Shown: piece by piece, positions 49,717 to 60,692 of the stretch | Position numbering within the stretch: position 1 is the first letter of the stretch | Layout: the number at the start of each line of letters is the position of its first letter | Assembly (NCBI GenBank): GCA_002189035.1 | Contig: CM007991.1 | Location: 1-64,000 of the forward strand | Length of the DNA stretch: 64,000 nucleotides | Source of the DNA: Utricularia gibba | Taxonomy: Eukaryota; Plantae; Magnoliophyta | Direction: 5' to 3' | The notes under the pieces: generated by a model | What the model was told of the DNA's origin: nothing | What the model saw: only the letters and a program-made list of their open reading frames with translations | The model's database searches: none | Position numbers and translations under genes: made by a program

Positions 49717-52104
49717 ATGGCTCCCCAGAATGAGTTGCAAAAGAATGTTGGAGACCAAAACCCGACATTCAATGTGGGCAGCTTCGTATGGGCCAAAACG
49801 CGGAGTCGAACATGGTGGCCAGGGATGATTTCTGATCCTTCAAAAACCAAAAAGCCATCTAAGTCCATAAAAAAGATGCCCTGCCTGTTGGTTAACTTTT
49901 TCGGTAATGCAGGCTGTGTATGGTGCAAAATGTCGGACTTGAAGCCTTTTATTCACCATTTTGATGAATTCTCGGGCCAAATAGACTCGGGGAAATTTTA
50001 TGGATCAGTTGAAAAGGCTTTATTTCTTTATGGTCAGCGTGTGAAAGCAAATATGACTTGCCGTTGTTTTATGAAGAAAGTGGCGGCAAATTCTGATAAA
50101 GGGATGTCCATGAGGATCAAGGTTGATGCATTCTTGCCTTCCCAGTTTGATCCCAGAGTTTTTCTTTCGTGTATCCAAGATATGGGGCGGTCCGACCGTG
50201 TATGTGGTAAGGTGGAGTTGACTACTATCATGAATTGTCTTTCAGCATTTTATTGTTCAGTTGGCCACCGTGATTTGCCTTTGCACGTCATATTAAAGCC
50301 TGATGGTAGAGGTCGTAAGGGTATTTCTAGGACACCGGAAAACAGTACTAGGATCAAGAGAAAGAGAGATAACGATACTGCTGACTCTGTAGTTGATACT
50401 GCGGTGGCTTCAAATGGAAAACGCTCTGAATCTAGAGAGAGGAAAAAGAGCAAGTATTTATCTTATCCTTATGTTGATGCCAAGAGAGACTCTTCTACAG
50501 CTGCCCCTGAAGCGCTGAAGCTCAATTCCATTTGTAGCAGGAATCTTGGGAAAAGGGGTGATAATGGAGCTATCAAAGTAGATTATATGGTCAGTAAACC
50601 TGATCATATCAATCCTTCGGCATCAGAATTGCTTACCGAACTATGTTCTGGAGCTCTTAATTGTGCTGATCCCAATGGAAGTAAGATTTCTGATTCATTG
50701 AAGAGATATTATATTGACTTTCGAAAATTTTCATGCCTGAATGTTGATATAGCCTGCAATTCCTCAGTAAGCAGTAAAGAAGACCAAGAAACGAAGGAAA
50801 ATGAAACCAGGAAAATGGATGTTGCAAAAGCCAAAGATGACAAAAATGTTGCTGTGGCTAATGAATCAGCAGATGTAGAAATCCCGTTGGTGAAAGAATC
50901 CGAGAATGGGAGCGTGAAGGCTGCGTCTGGTAAGGACGGTGGAAGTGACGCAATGACCAAGGAATTCCCTGAAATGAGAAATTTTCTAGCGATGGGAAGG
51001 TTGACAGATGTCCGTGCGAGTTTTCCATCCACGTTAAGTTCTGTCACAGCAGACCAGAAAAGTAATTCCAATGCGGTTAACTTCCAGTACGACTCACCTG
51101 ATACATTTGGAATCAAAGCATCTTCACACGGAGGTGTGAGCCTTCAGACCAATACGATGGCTCATTTTCCTGGTATGAATGAAAACATTCCACAGTGTTC
51201 TGTTGAGAACCCCCCTTTCAAGACGACTGCTATCAGTTTTGATGAAATATTGCCGAAGCAGAGTAACATGGCATCCACTGATCATGGCAAAAATGGCGTA
51301 ACCCGGATCAGCTTTGGATCTATCACATCATTGAAAGATGCCCAGTTGGCACTTCAATCTCCAGAACCTGGGAACGCCAATACGCGTGTGGGAAAAGCAG
51401 GTTTTGGATCATCTTTCTCGCAGAAACTTCCAATGGCTCTGTATGCGTCTGTTGTCGAACCCAAGTACAGAAAGCAGAAGCAAAAGGAAAAGACTTGTGA
51501 AGCTATTTCTGGGATTCCGGATTTGAACGGAAATGCATCTGACAAGTGCTTTAGGGGGAAGACTCCCTCTGATCACAACTATGCATGTAAACAAGAGAGC
51601 AAGGCAGGTTTGAACACGGGAGAATCTATTGGAGGAATTCTTATTCTGACTTTCTCCCCTGGATGTACATTGCCTCCCAAGGAAACCTTGGTAAAGACAT
51701 TTTCTCGGTTCGGGCTGCTGAACGAATCTAAGATTGAGGTTCTAGATGAATCTACCATTCATATTCCGTACCAACGGAGCTCAGAAGCAAGTTTTGCCTT
51801 CCGAAGTTTAGAGAAGAACAAACCATTTGGATCAGCCCTGGCGACGTTCAAACTAGACTGCCCTGCAGCTGTTACGAGGCCAATGAAAAGGACGGTGAGC
51901 CCGTTGGTGAATGACATCAGGACTCCGGTCAAGGCCAGAGAAGCACCTGATGTTGCATTCATGAAGCAGAATGTGGAGATGATGAAATCGACTCTGGAAA
52001 AAGCAGGTGCCAGCCTGTCACCTGTGATGAGAGCGAAGCTGGAGAATGAGATTAAGGTTTTTCTCTGCAAAATCGACTCCTTGGCTGGATCTGGTACATC
52101 GTAA
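49717..52104 (+). CDS. PWWP-domain chromatin protein (plant Tudor/PWWP/MBT family), 795 aa, intronless CDS
   Basis: FNVGSFVWAKTRSRTWWPGMISDP...LLVNFFG, the SRERKKSKYLSYPY motif, and the C-terminal LILTFSPG..LPPKETLVKTFSRFG..L domain. Confidence 0.92.
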   Translation: MAPQNELQKNVGDQNPTFNVGSFVWAKTRSRTWWPGMISDPSKTKKPSKSIKKMPCLLVNFFGNAGCVWCKMSDLKPFIHHFDEFSGQIDSGKFYGSVEKALFLYGQRVKANMTCRCFMKKVAANSDKGMSMRIKVDAFLPSQFDPRVFLSCIQDMGRSDRVCGKVELTTIMNCLSAFYCSVGHRDLPLHVILKPDGRGRKGISRTPENSTRIKRKRDNDTADSVVDTAVASNGKRSESRERKKSKYLSYPYVDAKRDSSTAAPEALKLNSICSRNLGKRGDNGAIKVDYMVSKPDHINPSASELLTELCSGALNCADPNGSKISDSLKRYYIDFRKFSCLNVDIACNSSVSSKEDQETKENETRKMDVAKAKDDKNVAVANESADVEIPLVKESENGSVKAASGKDGGSDAMTKEFPEMRNFLAMGRLTDVRASFPSTLSSVTADQKSNSNAVNFQYDSPDTFGIKASSHGGVSLQTNTMAHFPGMNENIPQCSVENPPFKTTAISFDEILPKQSNMASTDHGKNGVTRISFGSITSLKDAQLALQSPEPGNANTRVGKAGFGSSFSQKLPMALYASVVEPKYRKQKQKEKTCEAISGIPDLNGNASDKCFRGKTPSDHNYACKQESKAGLNTGESIGGILILTFSPGCTLPPKETLVKTFSRFGLLNESKIEVLDESTIHIPYQRSSEASFAFRSLEKNKPFGSALATFKLDCPAAVTRPMKRTVSPLVNDIRTPVKAREAPDVAFMKQNVEMMKSTLEKAGASLSPVMRAKLENEIKVFLCKIDSLAGSGTS

Positions 52105-52878
52105 CGAATGATGATAATAAGGTTTTGTGCCACTCCCCTCTAACATAATCAATCCTTTTGTCTGACTCCGGGAAGAACAGGCAAGTTGGTAGCATTAGAT
52201 TTTTCCACTTTCCAATTCTGTTTTCCGTTGTCACAAGCAGGAAAGGGTAGTGCATTGGATTATTCCCTCATATTCTGATTCTTGAGCCAAAGGGATAATA
52301 ATCGTGATTAGAGAGAGATCAGAGACCTCCCTCATTCCTCTTTCATACGACTGTTAAACACAAACGAGCCCCACCCCGGCTCCCGGTGAGTCCTGCTTTG
52401 GGGGCTCAGATTCAACTTGATCCCTAGACGCCCCCTGCTGCCCAAACATCCCCAGGAGGCGAAGAAAGACTAGCACCATGTTCCGAATGAATGAAGCAGC
52501 AAGCACCCTCTGGCCTATGCTATTGGTTGTTGCGGTTATGGTTATAAACACGGGTGCTTTGTCGTCTTCTTCATCAATTGCGTGAGCTCGACCAATTTAC
52601 TGTCCCATGCAAATTCCATTGAATGCTTCCGGAGCAGCCAAGTTGGAAGAAAAAGAATAGAAAAAAAATCCGGTAGCATTTTGTAGGGAATTTACAGGCT
52701 CCTCTCTAAACCCATCCAACACTACCACCCAATACTAAGTCCCCCAACCGTCAGATCAATTCTGCATTCAACGTCCCCCTTCAATGTCAGTTAATGCAGA
52801 TTTAACGGAAGATGAAAAACACCAAATCCTCCCCCTAGATATGCGCGCGCCTCCCTTCTTACTCACTCGGATTCCGCC

Positions 52879-54133
52879 ATGGACTCCGGAGACACCCAAA
52901 ATGGAAGTCATCGGCACGCTCCACCCCCGCCCCCGGAGCTCAAACCTCTGGAACCTCATCTTGCATTCGACGCTCTGTCTTCATACAGGCAACCCTATTA
53001 TCTCCATGACTTGTACGATCACCTGCCACTCTCATTCACCCCTCACCATTGGATGTCATCCGACATCTTCGACCCCTTTTTCCCCAGCCCCGCCTCCTGC
53101 CTGGAAGTCAACCCATGCGACCAAAACCGCGTCGTTTTTCAGGATCCCCATGAACTCATGAGTTTTGCTAGTAACAAAGGCTGTGAAGAAGGCCTCGGGT
53201 TTCATGATGCTGATTCCATGAGTTTCTGCATCCCCGACGAGAGCTCCTGCGTCACGGCTGATATCACTGCTCCTCGTCAACCGATCGAAGATGATGGGAG
53301 AAACAAGGGTTTCAACAAGCCGGCGAGAGGCCGGAAAAAGGCCAAGTCAGAACGGGGGCAATGGACTACTGAAGAAGACAGGTAGGATGAATGCTGCTTA
53401 TTTCCTTTTGTTTTTTGGGAAGATGCATGCAATCCTAGTACTACAAAGTAGCAGCGTTTCACATTCAAAACAACTTATTTGTTGTAAAATGCTCATGGCA
53501 TTTAGGGTATTGATCCAACTTGTGGAGAAATACGGGATCCGGAAGTGGTCGCATATCGCACAGATGCTCACCGGAAGAATCGGAAAGCAATGCCGGGAGC
53601 GTTGGCATAACCATCTGAGGCCAGACATTAGAGTTAGCCTAAGAACCTCAAGCACACTCTGTTCACCATAAAGCATTCACCTTCATTTTGCGTGTTTTAT
53701 GCAGAAAGATAACTGGACGGAGGAAGAAGATAGGATCCTGATAGAGGCTCACACGGAGGTTGGAAATAAATGGGCTGAAATAGCGAAACGGCTTCCGGGG
53801 AGGACAGAAAATTCGATCAAGAATCACTGGAATGCGACCAAGAGAAGGCAGCTGTCTCGTCGCAAGTGCAGGACAAAGTGGCCGAGGCCGAGCTCTCTTC
53901 TTCAGAACTACATAAAGAGCCTGAAAGTTGAAAAGGGAACCAAAACGGGAACTGATCCTGCTCGAGCTTTTCAAGAAGCCGATTCTGGTGGCCGCTTTGC
54001 ATATGAGGCCGAGGGAGATGATCATTTGTTGCCTGGAGGCAGCCACGATTCGATCATGGATGAGATCAACAACATGGAATCGGGAGATGACGAGCTTTTC
54101 GACATGGAGTTGGATTTTGATATGGCACTATAG
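52879..54133 (+). CDS. R2R3-MYB subgroup 25 (MYB98/MYB64/MYB119-like), 3 exons
   Basis: GQWTTEEDR|[42 protein letters not shown]|[16 protein letters not shown]...[22 protein letters not shown]...LLQNYIKSL. Confidence 0.95.
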
Positions 54134-54448
54134 ACGGAGAGCAAGGTGAGCTCTTCAGGAATGAAGTTTGAATAGAGAAATCCCACTAGAATAAAGCCTC
54201 CATTGTAAATAAGTACAGTGCCCCCTTCTCTAATCAATCTTTAATCCACTGTTATTTCCATCCATTCTTAAAATACTGAATTTGATTTTATGAAAAAACC
54301 CATTGTTAATGCTCTGTAAATCTGCTTCAACGACGCAGACACCATTGCCCCCTTTTCATGGAAATCACATTCCAAGTTTCACCAAATAGGTTTGGTAGCA
54401 ATCTGTGTGCAGTGGCCATTTGGAAGAGAACCGCAAGTACAGTGATAC

Positions 54449-55883
54449 TTACATGCACACATGAAGGCTTGCAGTTTTCATCACTTGGCAAACAGGGCAA
54501 CTGTTGATGAAGCCTTCGCAATCCAAGCACACACACAGGTGCCGACATGGCATTATCAAGACGGATACTTCTTTCAAGTTGCAAGCCCTACAAGTCAGCA
54601 AGGTTCGAGTCCCCAAGCCTGGAGGATTATTTGAGCAAGAAATGGCATCATCTACCTCACTGTCTCCGGAGCCCTCCTGAGCTTGGCAGATGCCTCTAGC
54701 CATGAGCTTCTGAACATTGCTCTTAAGGGTGTTCACAACCGATTCATTGTACTTTGCTTTGCAGTGCCAAGATTGAGCTTCCAGGACCACCTGCTTTATC
54801 TTATCAACTAATTCTCTGTTCTTTTTGTTCAAGTTCTCAATTTCAACATCCTTCTCGTGCAACTTCTGGTCGACGCCTTTTTCTAATGCTGTGAGCAATG
54901 AAATGGTGTGTCTTCGGGTCATCTCACGTATGCCCTTCACAACATTTTGTTCCTGAAAGGGAGGGCACGTTTAAAAAAAAAGTTCAAAAACACTGCAGCC
55001 ATCTCAAGAATGAAAACCTGAAGTTTAATGAATTGGGTGAACTCTTCTCTTTGTCGATGTAGCTCTGTTTTGACAGCGTTTCCGAGTGATAGTCCAAGAG
55101 GGATCACATTCTCAGCTGCAGAAGTGACAGTCGAATTTTTCTCATCTTCCTCACAAGAAAGTTTAAGCCCGGTTGATACAGTATGATGATTCAAAGCTGA
55201 TCCAATTCGGAGAGATTCATTTGGATAGAAGTTGTTATTTGACATCGGAAGATTTTGTCGAATGCAAGCTGCATCACCAACTCCAGCTCTGCTTGCAGGG
55301 GGGTATTCTCAACCGGAACCTGGCTTGTGCTCATATAGTTCAAGGTGCCAGGACCAGCAACAGGATTAACTGGAACTGCAAGAAAATTTTAGAGGATCAG
55401 AAAACAGGACAGCAATGACTTGCGAAATAGAGAGTATTTTTTCCATAAAAGCAGGGGTGGTAACACTCTAATAAAAAAACACATGTTTCTCAATCAAGAT
55501 ATGATGCCAATACAATTGATGAGATGAGGTATATGGAAAAGCAGGGGTCTTATATCCGACACAAGCACGACTATCACATTAAAAGACAAGAAGGCAACTA
55601 ATAAATAGGGAATGGAAAAACTTATCCACTCCAAGAGCAATCCATATCAAAGAGCAACATACAAGGAACATAATGATATAATCACCCTTGATTTTATGAT
55701 CGAAACATCTTTCCATATAAAAATGCATCAAAGGCACAATGAATCCATATAAAAACGTTTCTCCTATGACTGCCGGAAAATAAATCACTAACCATGTCCA
55801 AATAATTGGAGCTGGGGAAATATATTGTTCTCCATAAAGCCTGGGTACATATTGTTTCCATTAGTTCCTCCAGGGTTCAACAT
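54449..55883 (-). CDS. BOI-related / SBP-family RING-HC E3 ligase, 3 coding exons, one apparent -1 frameshift
   Basis: Exon 1 ...PQLQLFGH|, then VSTGLKLS, a coiled coil (EAQSWHCKAKYNESVVNTLK) and CRAC...SVLIMPCRHLCVCLDC...CPVC. One extra base is needed in the G6 run 55298-55303. Confidence 0.9.
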
Positions 55884-57345
55884 ATTCCTGAAAATCGTAA
55901 TCAACTCGATATGATCAAGCAGAACATGAGTTTCTTAATCCTTAGAGAACTCAAAACATTGCACTCAGAAAAAATACACCTACATAGCTGATAAAGAGAC
56001 AGAAATCCAAGTGTACGGTTATACTAACATCATCCCAACGATTTTGCTATTGGGTTTTCCAGAAAATGATCAATCAGAAATCCAGAAGTAATCATTTCCC
56101 AGGAACTAATTTCAAAAATCCCAGAAAAAACGATTCTTTTATAGAGGGAAACAAGAAAATCCTATTCTTCGCACAAATCAAATAAGCTGGAAAAGCCCAG
56201 AAAAATCAGAGCAGCGACCTCATCGAAAAAAGAGTCTTGATACAAGAAACCGATGGTTGAAGCGATTAAATAGTCAAAAAAGTAACACTTACCAAAATCT
56301 TGGCGTTAATCAGTGAATCCACATCTAGAACCAATCAAAATTACCACAAAGAAAGGCTGCTAGGCAACGTGAATATGAAAGGGGGAGGAGGGCAAATGAA
56401 AAGCTGGGCGATCGGAATAATAATACCCATTATTATCAAAATGGAATGGTGGTGGAAGAGTCGTAGTTGTTATGTTGTTTCGGGTAAGAAAAAAGAAGAG
56501 CCCACCCATAAAAAAGGTGAGAAGAAGGAATCCATTCGCTGGTATTGGTTGTTTGTTGTAGTTGGTGGCGAGAAAAATTGCAAGGGAAGATGACTCTGGA
56601 ACAAACCAGGTTCCTTCTTCATCATAATCTCCATTATTCAACCTCATTTTCCTTTTCCCTCGTTTCCCATCTTTCGGTTTTCCTTGTCCGAATCCTCCGC
56701 TGCCTTTCATTTGGATGTGCCACGCTATAGCGATATGCCAGCGAATTTCAACTGTTCTTTTACTATTTCTTTTCATCTTTTTTACTCGCCGAAAACATTT
56801 AAAAACTTTTGTAATGACAGAATTGCGTAGTTACGTTACTCCGGTCTATCTTTCAATGGATAGACAGTCCATGCCCCTATGGAAAGCCTTGTCTGTGTAC
56901 CGGTCATTAACAAGACTTCACCATTAACATGGAAATCACGATGAATTTGATAACACTTCGTTTCTGAATCAACTGGCTATACTCAAGCTGGTGCCCTGAT
57001 GCATCTGCCCTGCTACGGTGTCTTCATGCTGATGATTAAGGCAAAGCGTTCATTGATATCAAGTTCACAGATGATTTGCTTCCTTCAATGTATTTGACAT
57101 ACAAAAAGATGTGCGAACTGTAGGTTACTGATAAAAGGTCATTTTGAGGGCGTTCCAAGATTCATGAATGAGAAATGGAGTGAGGTATAAGAACCTCATA
57201 ATACTCAAAGATGAGGCATTCATTTTCCACCATTCATCAAAGATAACAACAGCCAAACGCAAAGAAAAGGCATTCCTGTTCCACGGTAGTGCTGAAAAAA
57301 GAGGATAACTCTCACGGTTCCAAAAGATCTGGAGAATCATCCAAA

Positions 57346-58083
57346 ATGGCACTCAGGATTTGGGCTTCTTCCACAGCCAATGCACTGAAGATTTCAGCAA
57401 AACCAACATCTGTTCCCCCTGCCTTTTCACTCTCCAGATGCTTCTCCAGCGGTAAACGCCATTGAAAATCTTTCAAATGCCATTCGTTCAAGCTAATATT
57501 TTTCTTTCTTGGGCTGGTGCTATAGTTCTTGAGGGACTGAAATACGCCAAATCCCATGAATGGGTCAAGCACGATGGCCCTGTCGCCTCCATCGGAATCA
57601 CAGACCATGCCCAGGTTTCACATCTCCTATTTCCTTCAAAAATATTTGCAAAAGATCGAAGTGAGACCCCAAAAAACACGTAAGCAATGAACTTTATAGG
57701 ACCATCTGGGAGAAGTGGTGTTCGTGGAGCTACCGGAGCCGGGGAAATCGGTTACTCAGGGCGAAAGTTTCGGAGCGGTGGAGAGTGTAAAAGCCACCAG
57801 CGATGTCAACTCTCCCATCTCCGGCGAGGTTGTGGAGGTTAACACCAAACTGTCCGAAACCCCTGGCTTGGTAAATATCGGAATTTGCTTAAACACCGTT
57901 GTCTTCTTGTAACAAGAATTGATTTTAAAAGTGATTTTTGTGTGGGGGCTGAAGATCAACACAAGCCCATACGAAGACGGGTGGATGATCAAAGTGAAGC
58001 CAAGCAACGCTGCAGAGTTGGAAGCTTTGCTGAACCCAAAAGATTACACCAAGTTCTGCGAGGAAGAAGATGCCGCTCACTGA
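57346..58083 (+). CDS. GDCH: Glycine decarboxylase complex H protein, mitochondrial, 4 exons
   Basis: [17 protein letters not shown]...RCFSS|[16 protein letters not shown]...GITDHAQ|[12 protein letters not shown]...[11 protein letters not shown] (lipoyl Lys)|[16 protein letters not shown]. Confidence 0.97.
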
Positions 58084-58270
58084 CGAACACATTCCATTTC
58101 CTGGGCTGCTTTTATTTTTTAATAAGTAATTTGTTTTGCTTGTACCAGCAAACCCAAGTTTCAACCATGGTACATGCGAAAAATATGATCCAATGGGCCT
58201 TTCTTGGAAAGGATAGAATTGCCTGGGCTCTGGATTTGTAGTCCATTCTCTAGAATCCCAGGAAGCAAAA

Positions 58271-58653
58271 ATGCAGCAGTTTCCGGCGTTCACGAGCCAG
58301 CATCCCTGGTCAAATCGCCTCATTCCGACGTCGTATCTACTTCCGGCGCAGTGGCCGCAGCCGCAAAATGAAGAAATTCTCCTCGCAATGGAAGAGGCCA
58401 AGTATGAAGACAAGGTTACCGTCCATTCCCCCAAATTTCTTCGATCCTAGGGTTTTGGATTTGATTCTTATGTCAGGCGGTGGGAATAATTGTGTAGCTC
58501 AACGAGATCAGGAAGTCGAATAGCAGCATGATAACAATAGGGAAAAGAGTTGCGGATAACGAGAAAGAGGAGGTTGACAATGAAGCCGATGATGACGATG
58601 CCGACAACGCTGAGGAGTCGGATGGCGATGAATTCGAGCAGGAGACTGGTTGA
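58271..58653 (+). CDS. APC15: Anaphase-promoting complex subunit 15-like small acidic protein, 2 exons (58271-58414, 58498-58653)
   Basis: Manual translation gives MQQFPAFTSQHPWSNRLIPTSYLLPAQWPQPQNEEILLAMEEAKYEDK|LNEIRKSN...DNAEESDGDEFEQETG*, matching my recall of plant APC15. It is absent from the ORF track. Confidence 0.85.
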
Positions 58654-60692
58654 CAGTATCATCATGGTTCCCGATTTCCGTCAGTTGGGGGGTGTGATCA
58701 GGAAAGGGATTCGGGGAAATGATGATGAATGCAATGCGCTTTCAAATTTCCACTGTTTTCTTTGCCAAGTTTTGGCAGGCGGTTCGGCACTCTGAACCTG
58801 TTGCCCCGTTGTCCGCCCGATGCCCGGCCTTCAGGTTTGTCAATCAAGAGATTTAGTTTACAATTATACTCATTTTTTTATAAATCAAATGCACTGACGT
58901 AAATCAATAATAAAAATTAAGAGTATGATAGATATGCTTCATTTCTACATGCATATTTCCCTTAAATCTAAATAACTATAACATGTCTATTAATTACTTA
59001 TTCATGATTGATCTAATTTCAGCTGAATATGCAAAGCATGCATGATTGGATGGGTATAGTATAGTTGTATAATAATGTTTATATATATACTGATGTTTAT
59101 TGCCTGGAATCAAATATGCATCTATCCTATGATTTATTTGAGTTTGATAGAATTCCTGGATCCTTGCCCTTGATGGAATTCATTTTTATCCAATAAATGG
59201 TAATAATTGTGTGGCCTATGACCGTACAACCCCCAGCAGCCTCTGCCTGCCTGTTTTTTTTTTAACCCCCTCTGGCACCCATGGTCCCAAGATGATTGGA
59301 GGAGTATTGGGCATTCCACCTCTGTGTGTTTTAACCCTCGGGTTGGATGAGTGATGGCTGTAGTGCAAGCCAATTCAAATGTGGGCATGCTTGTCTACCA
59401 CTTTCTGCCTTCTCCCATCCATCATGTGAATTAATGGGAAAACCCTCGCCCTTCTGTAGCATTCAAAGTCACAAGGACAATTTTGTTGGTTTTTCCATTC
59501 AAGTGTATGTGTCCATTCCTGATACAACGGAATCGGAGCACGATTTTCGAGTGCTGCCTCTTGGGTTGGTTCATTTGACAATGGAATGTGGGAGTCTCAG
59601 CTCTCCCTCCACTCATATGTGCCTCGCCTCCTTTTCACGTTTCCCAACAATGCGTCGGTTGGATGCTTGCAGTGGGTTGGGTTGTTCAAATGAAAGATTC
59701 TAAAGCGCAGAAGCAGCTTTTGGCACCATGTCCTGGATTAAAGGGTGGGGAAGCTTGTGTCCTGCATCCAGTGCTTTAAAGAAAAAGGCATGAAAACCAC
59801 CACTTCTTCTGGTGGAAAGAAATGATCTGAACTTGATCCCCAAGTGTAGGTATGGTGAGGCGTTTGTGTTATTACTCTATGGCAGTTCGTTCTCTGGTCA
59901 TCACATCTACCGCGCTCTCAAGTTTGCTGTAGCTTTAAGTGCTCTGTGTTCGTTCCTTCAGTTGTAAAAAGCAACGGAAGCGGCTGGTCTAAACAACTTT
60001 CACGTCGATTATAGAGGTCGAACCTTGGCGGTCATTTTCTTTCAGATGATTTTACTATGAATCAGTGGAGTCGAAGAAAATTTAATGAATTTGTCGGAAA
60101 AGATGAGGTGTTGGGCATAGTTAAGTTGCTGTTACTGCAAACAAGGACCATTCCCATTCCATTCATCATCAGCATTTACTTCTCCAATTCTATCACCCCT
60201 GCAATTTCTCATCCGTATGCATGCACGAACTCCTCGTTCTGACCATTTTATGACACATTATCAAGAAAAAAAAACATCTTTTAATTTTTCCTATTTCTAT
60301 TTTCAGCATGATGCTCTCTCCCTCCCCTGTAATAAATAAATGTACATGTTTCTTGGTGTACAGTCCTGCCTCGAAGTGTTCTGTGCCCCCGGCGTTACTG
60401 TCTTTATGAGATCAACCACTGCTTCTTGACCTGTCACAGCATCGTGGCTTCACCCCTTCTGAAGTGAAGCTGTTCTGTTGCCCACTTGAGTTAGTGAGTC
60501 GTTTTTTATAAAGATAAGGTGCTGTGTAGCGAATCATTTTCCAGGCACGTCACAGTGCACGGCATTTTTAAAATAGTGTGTGCGGTTGAGAAAGAGAAGA
60601 ATCTCCATAGTTAGAGAACAGGGAGACAGCTCCTTCTGTGAAGTTTGTTGTTTGGGAATTGGGAGGAAGATGGTGATTGTTGCTTAGTTTTC

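Noticed and set aside
54602-54613. GGTTCGAGTCCC, a tRNA B-box-like motif
   Set aside because: Lies within the RING E3 coding exon on the other strand; no A-box or cloverleaf.
57030-57131. Box C/D snoRNA candidate (TGATGA...CTGA)
   Set aside because: No terminal stem and no guide I can match to rRNA; these motifs are common by chance.
59340-59415. miR482/2118-like sequence in an imperfect hairpin
   Set aside because: About six mismatches in the duplex and conflicting pairing registers; does not meet plant miRNA criteria.
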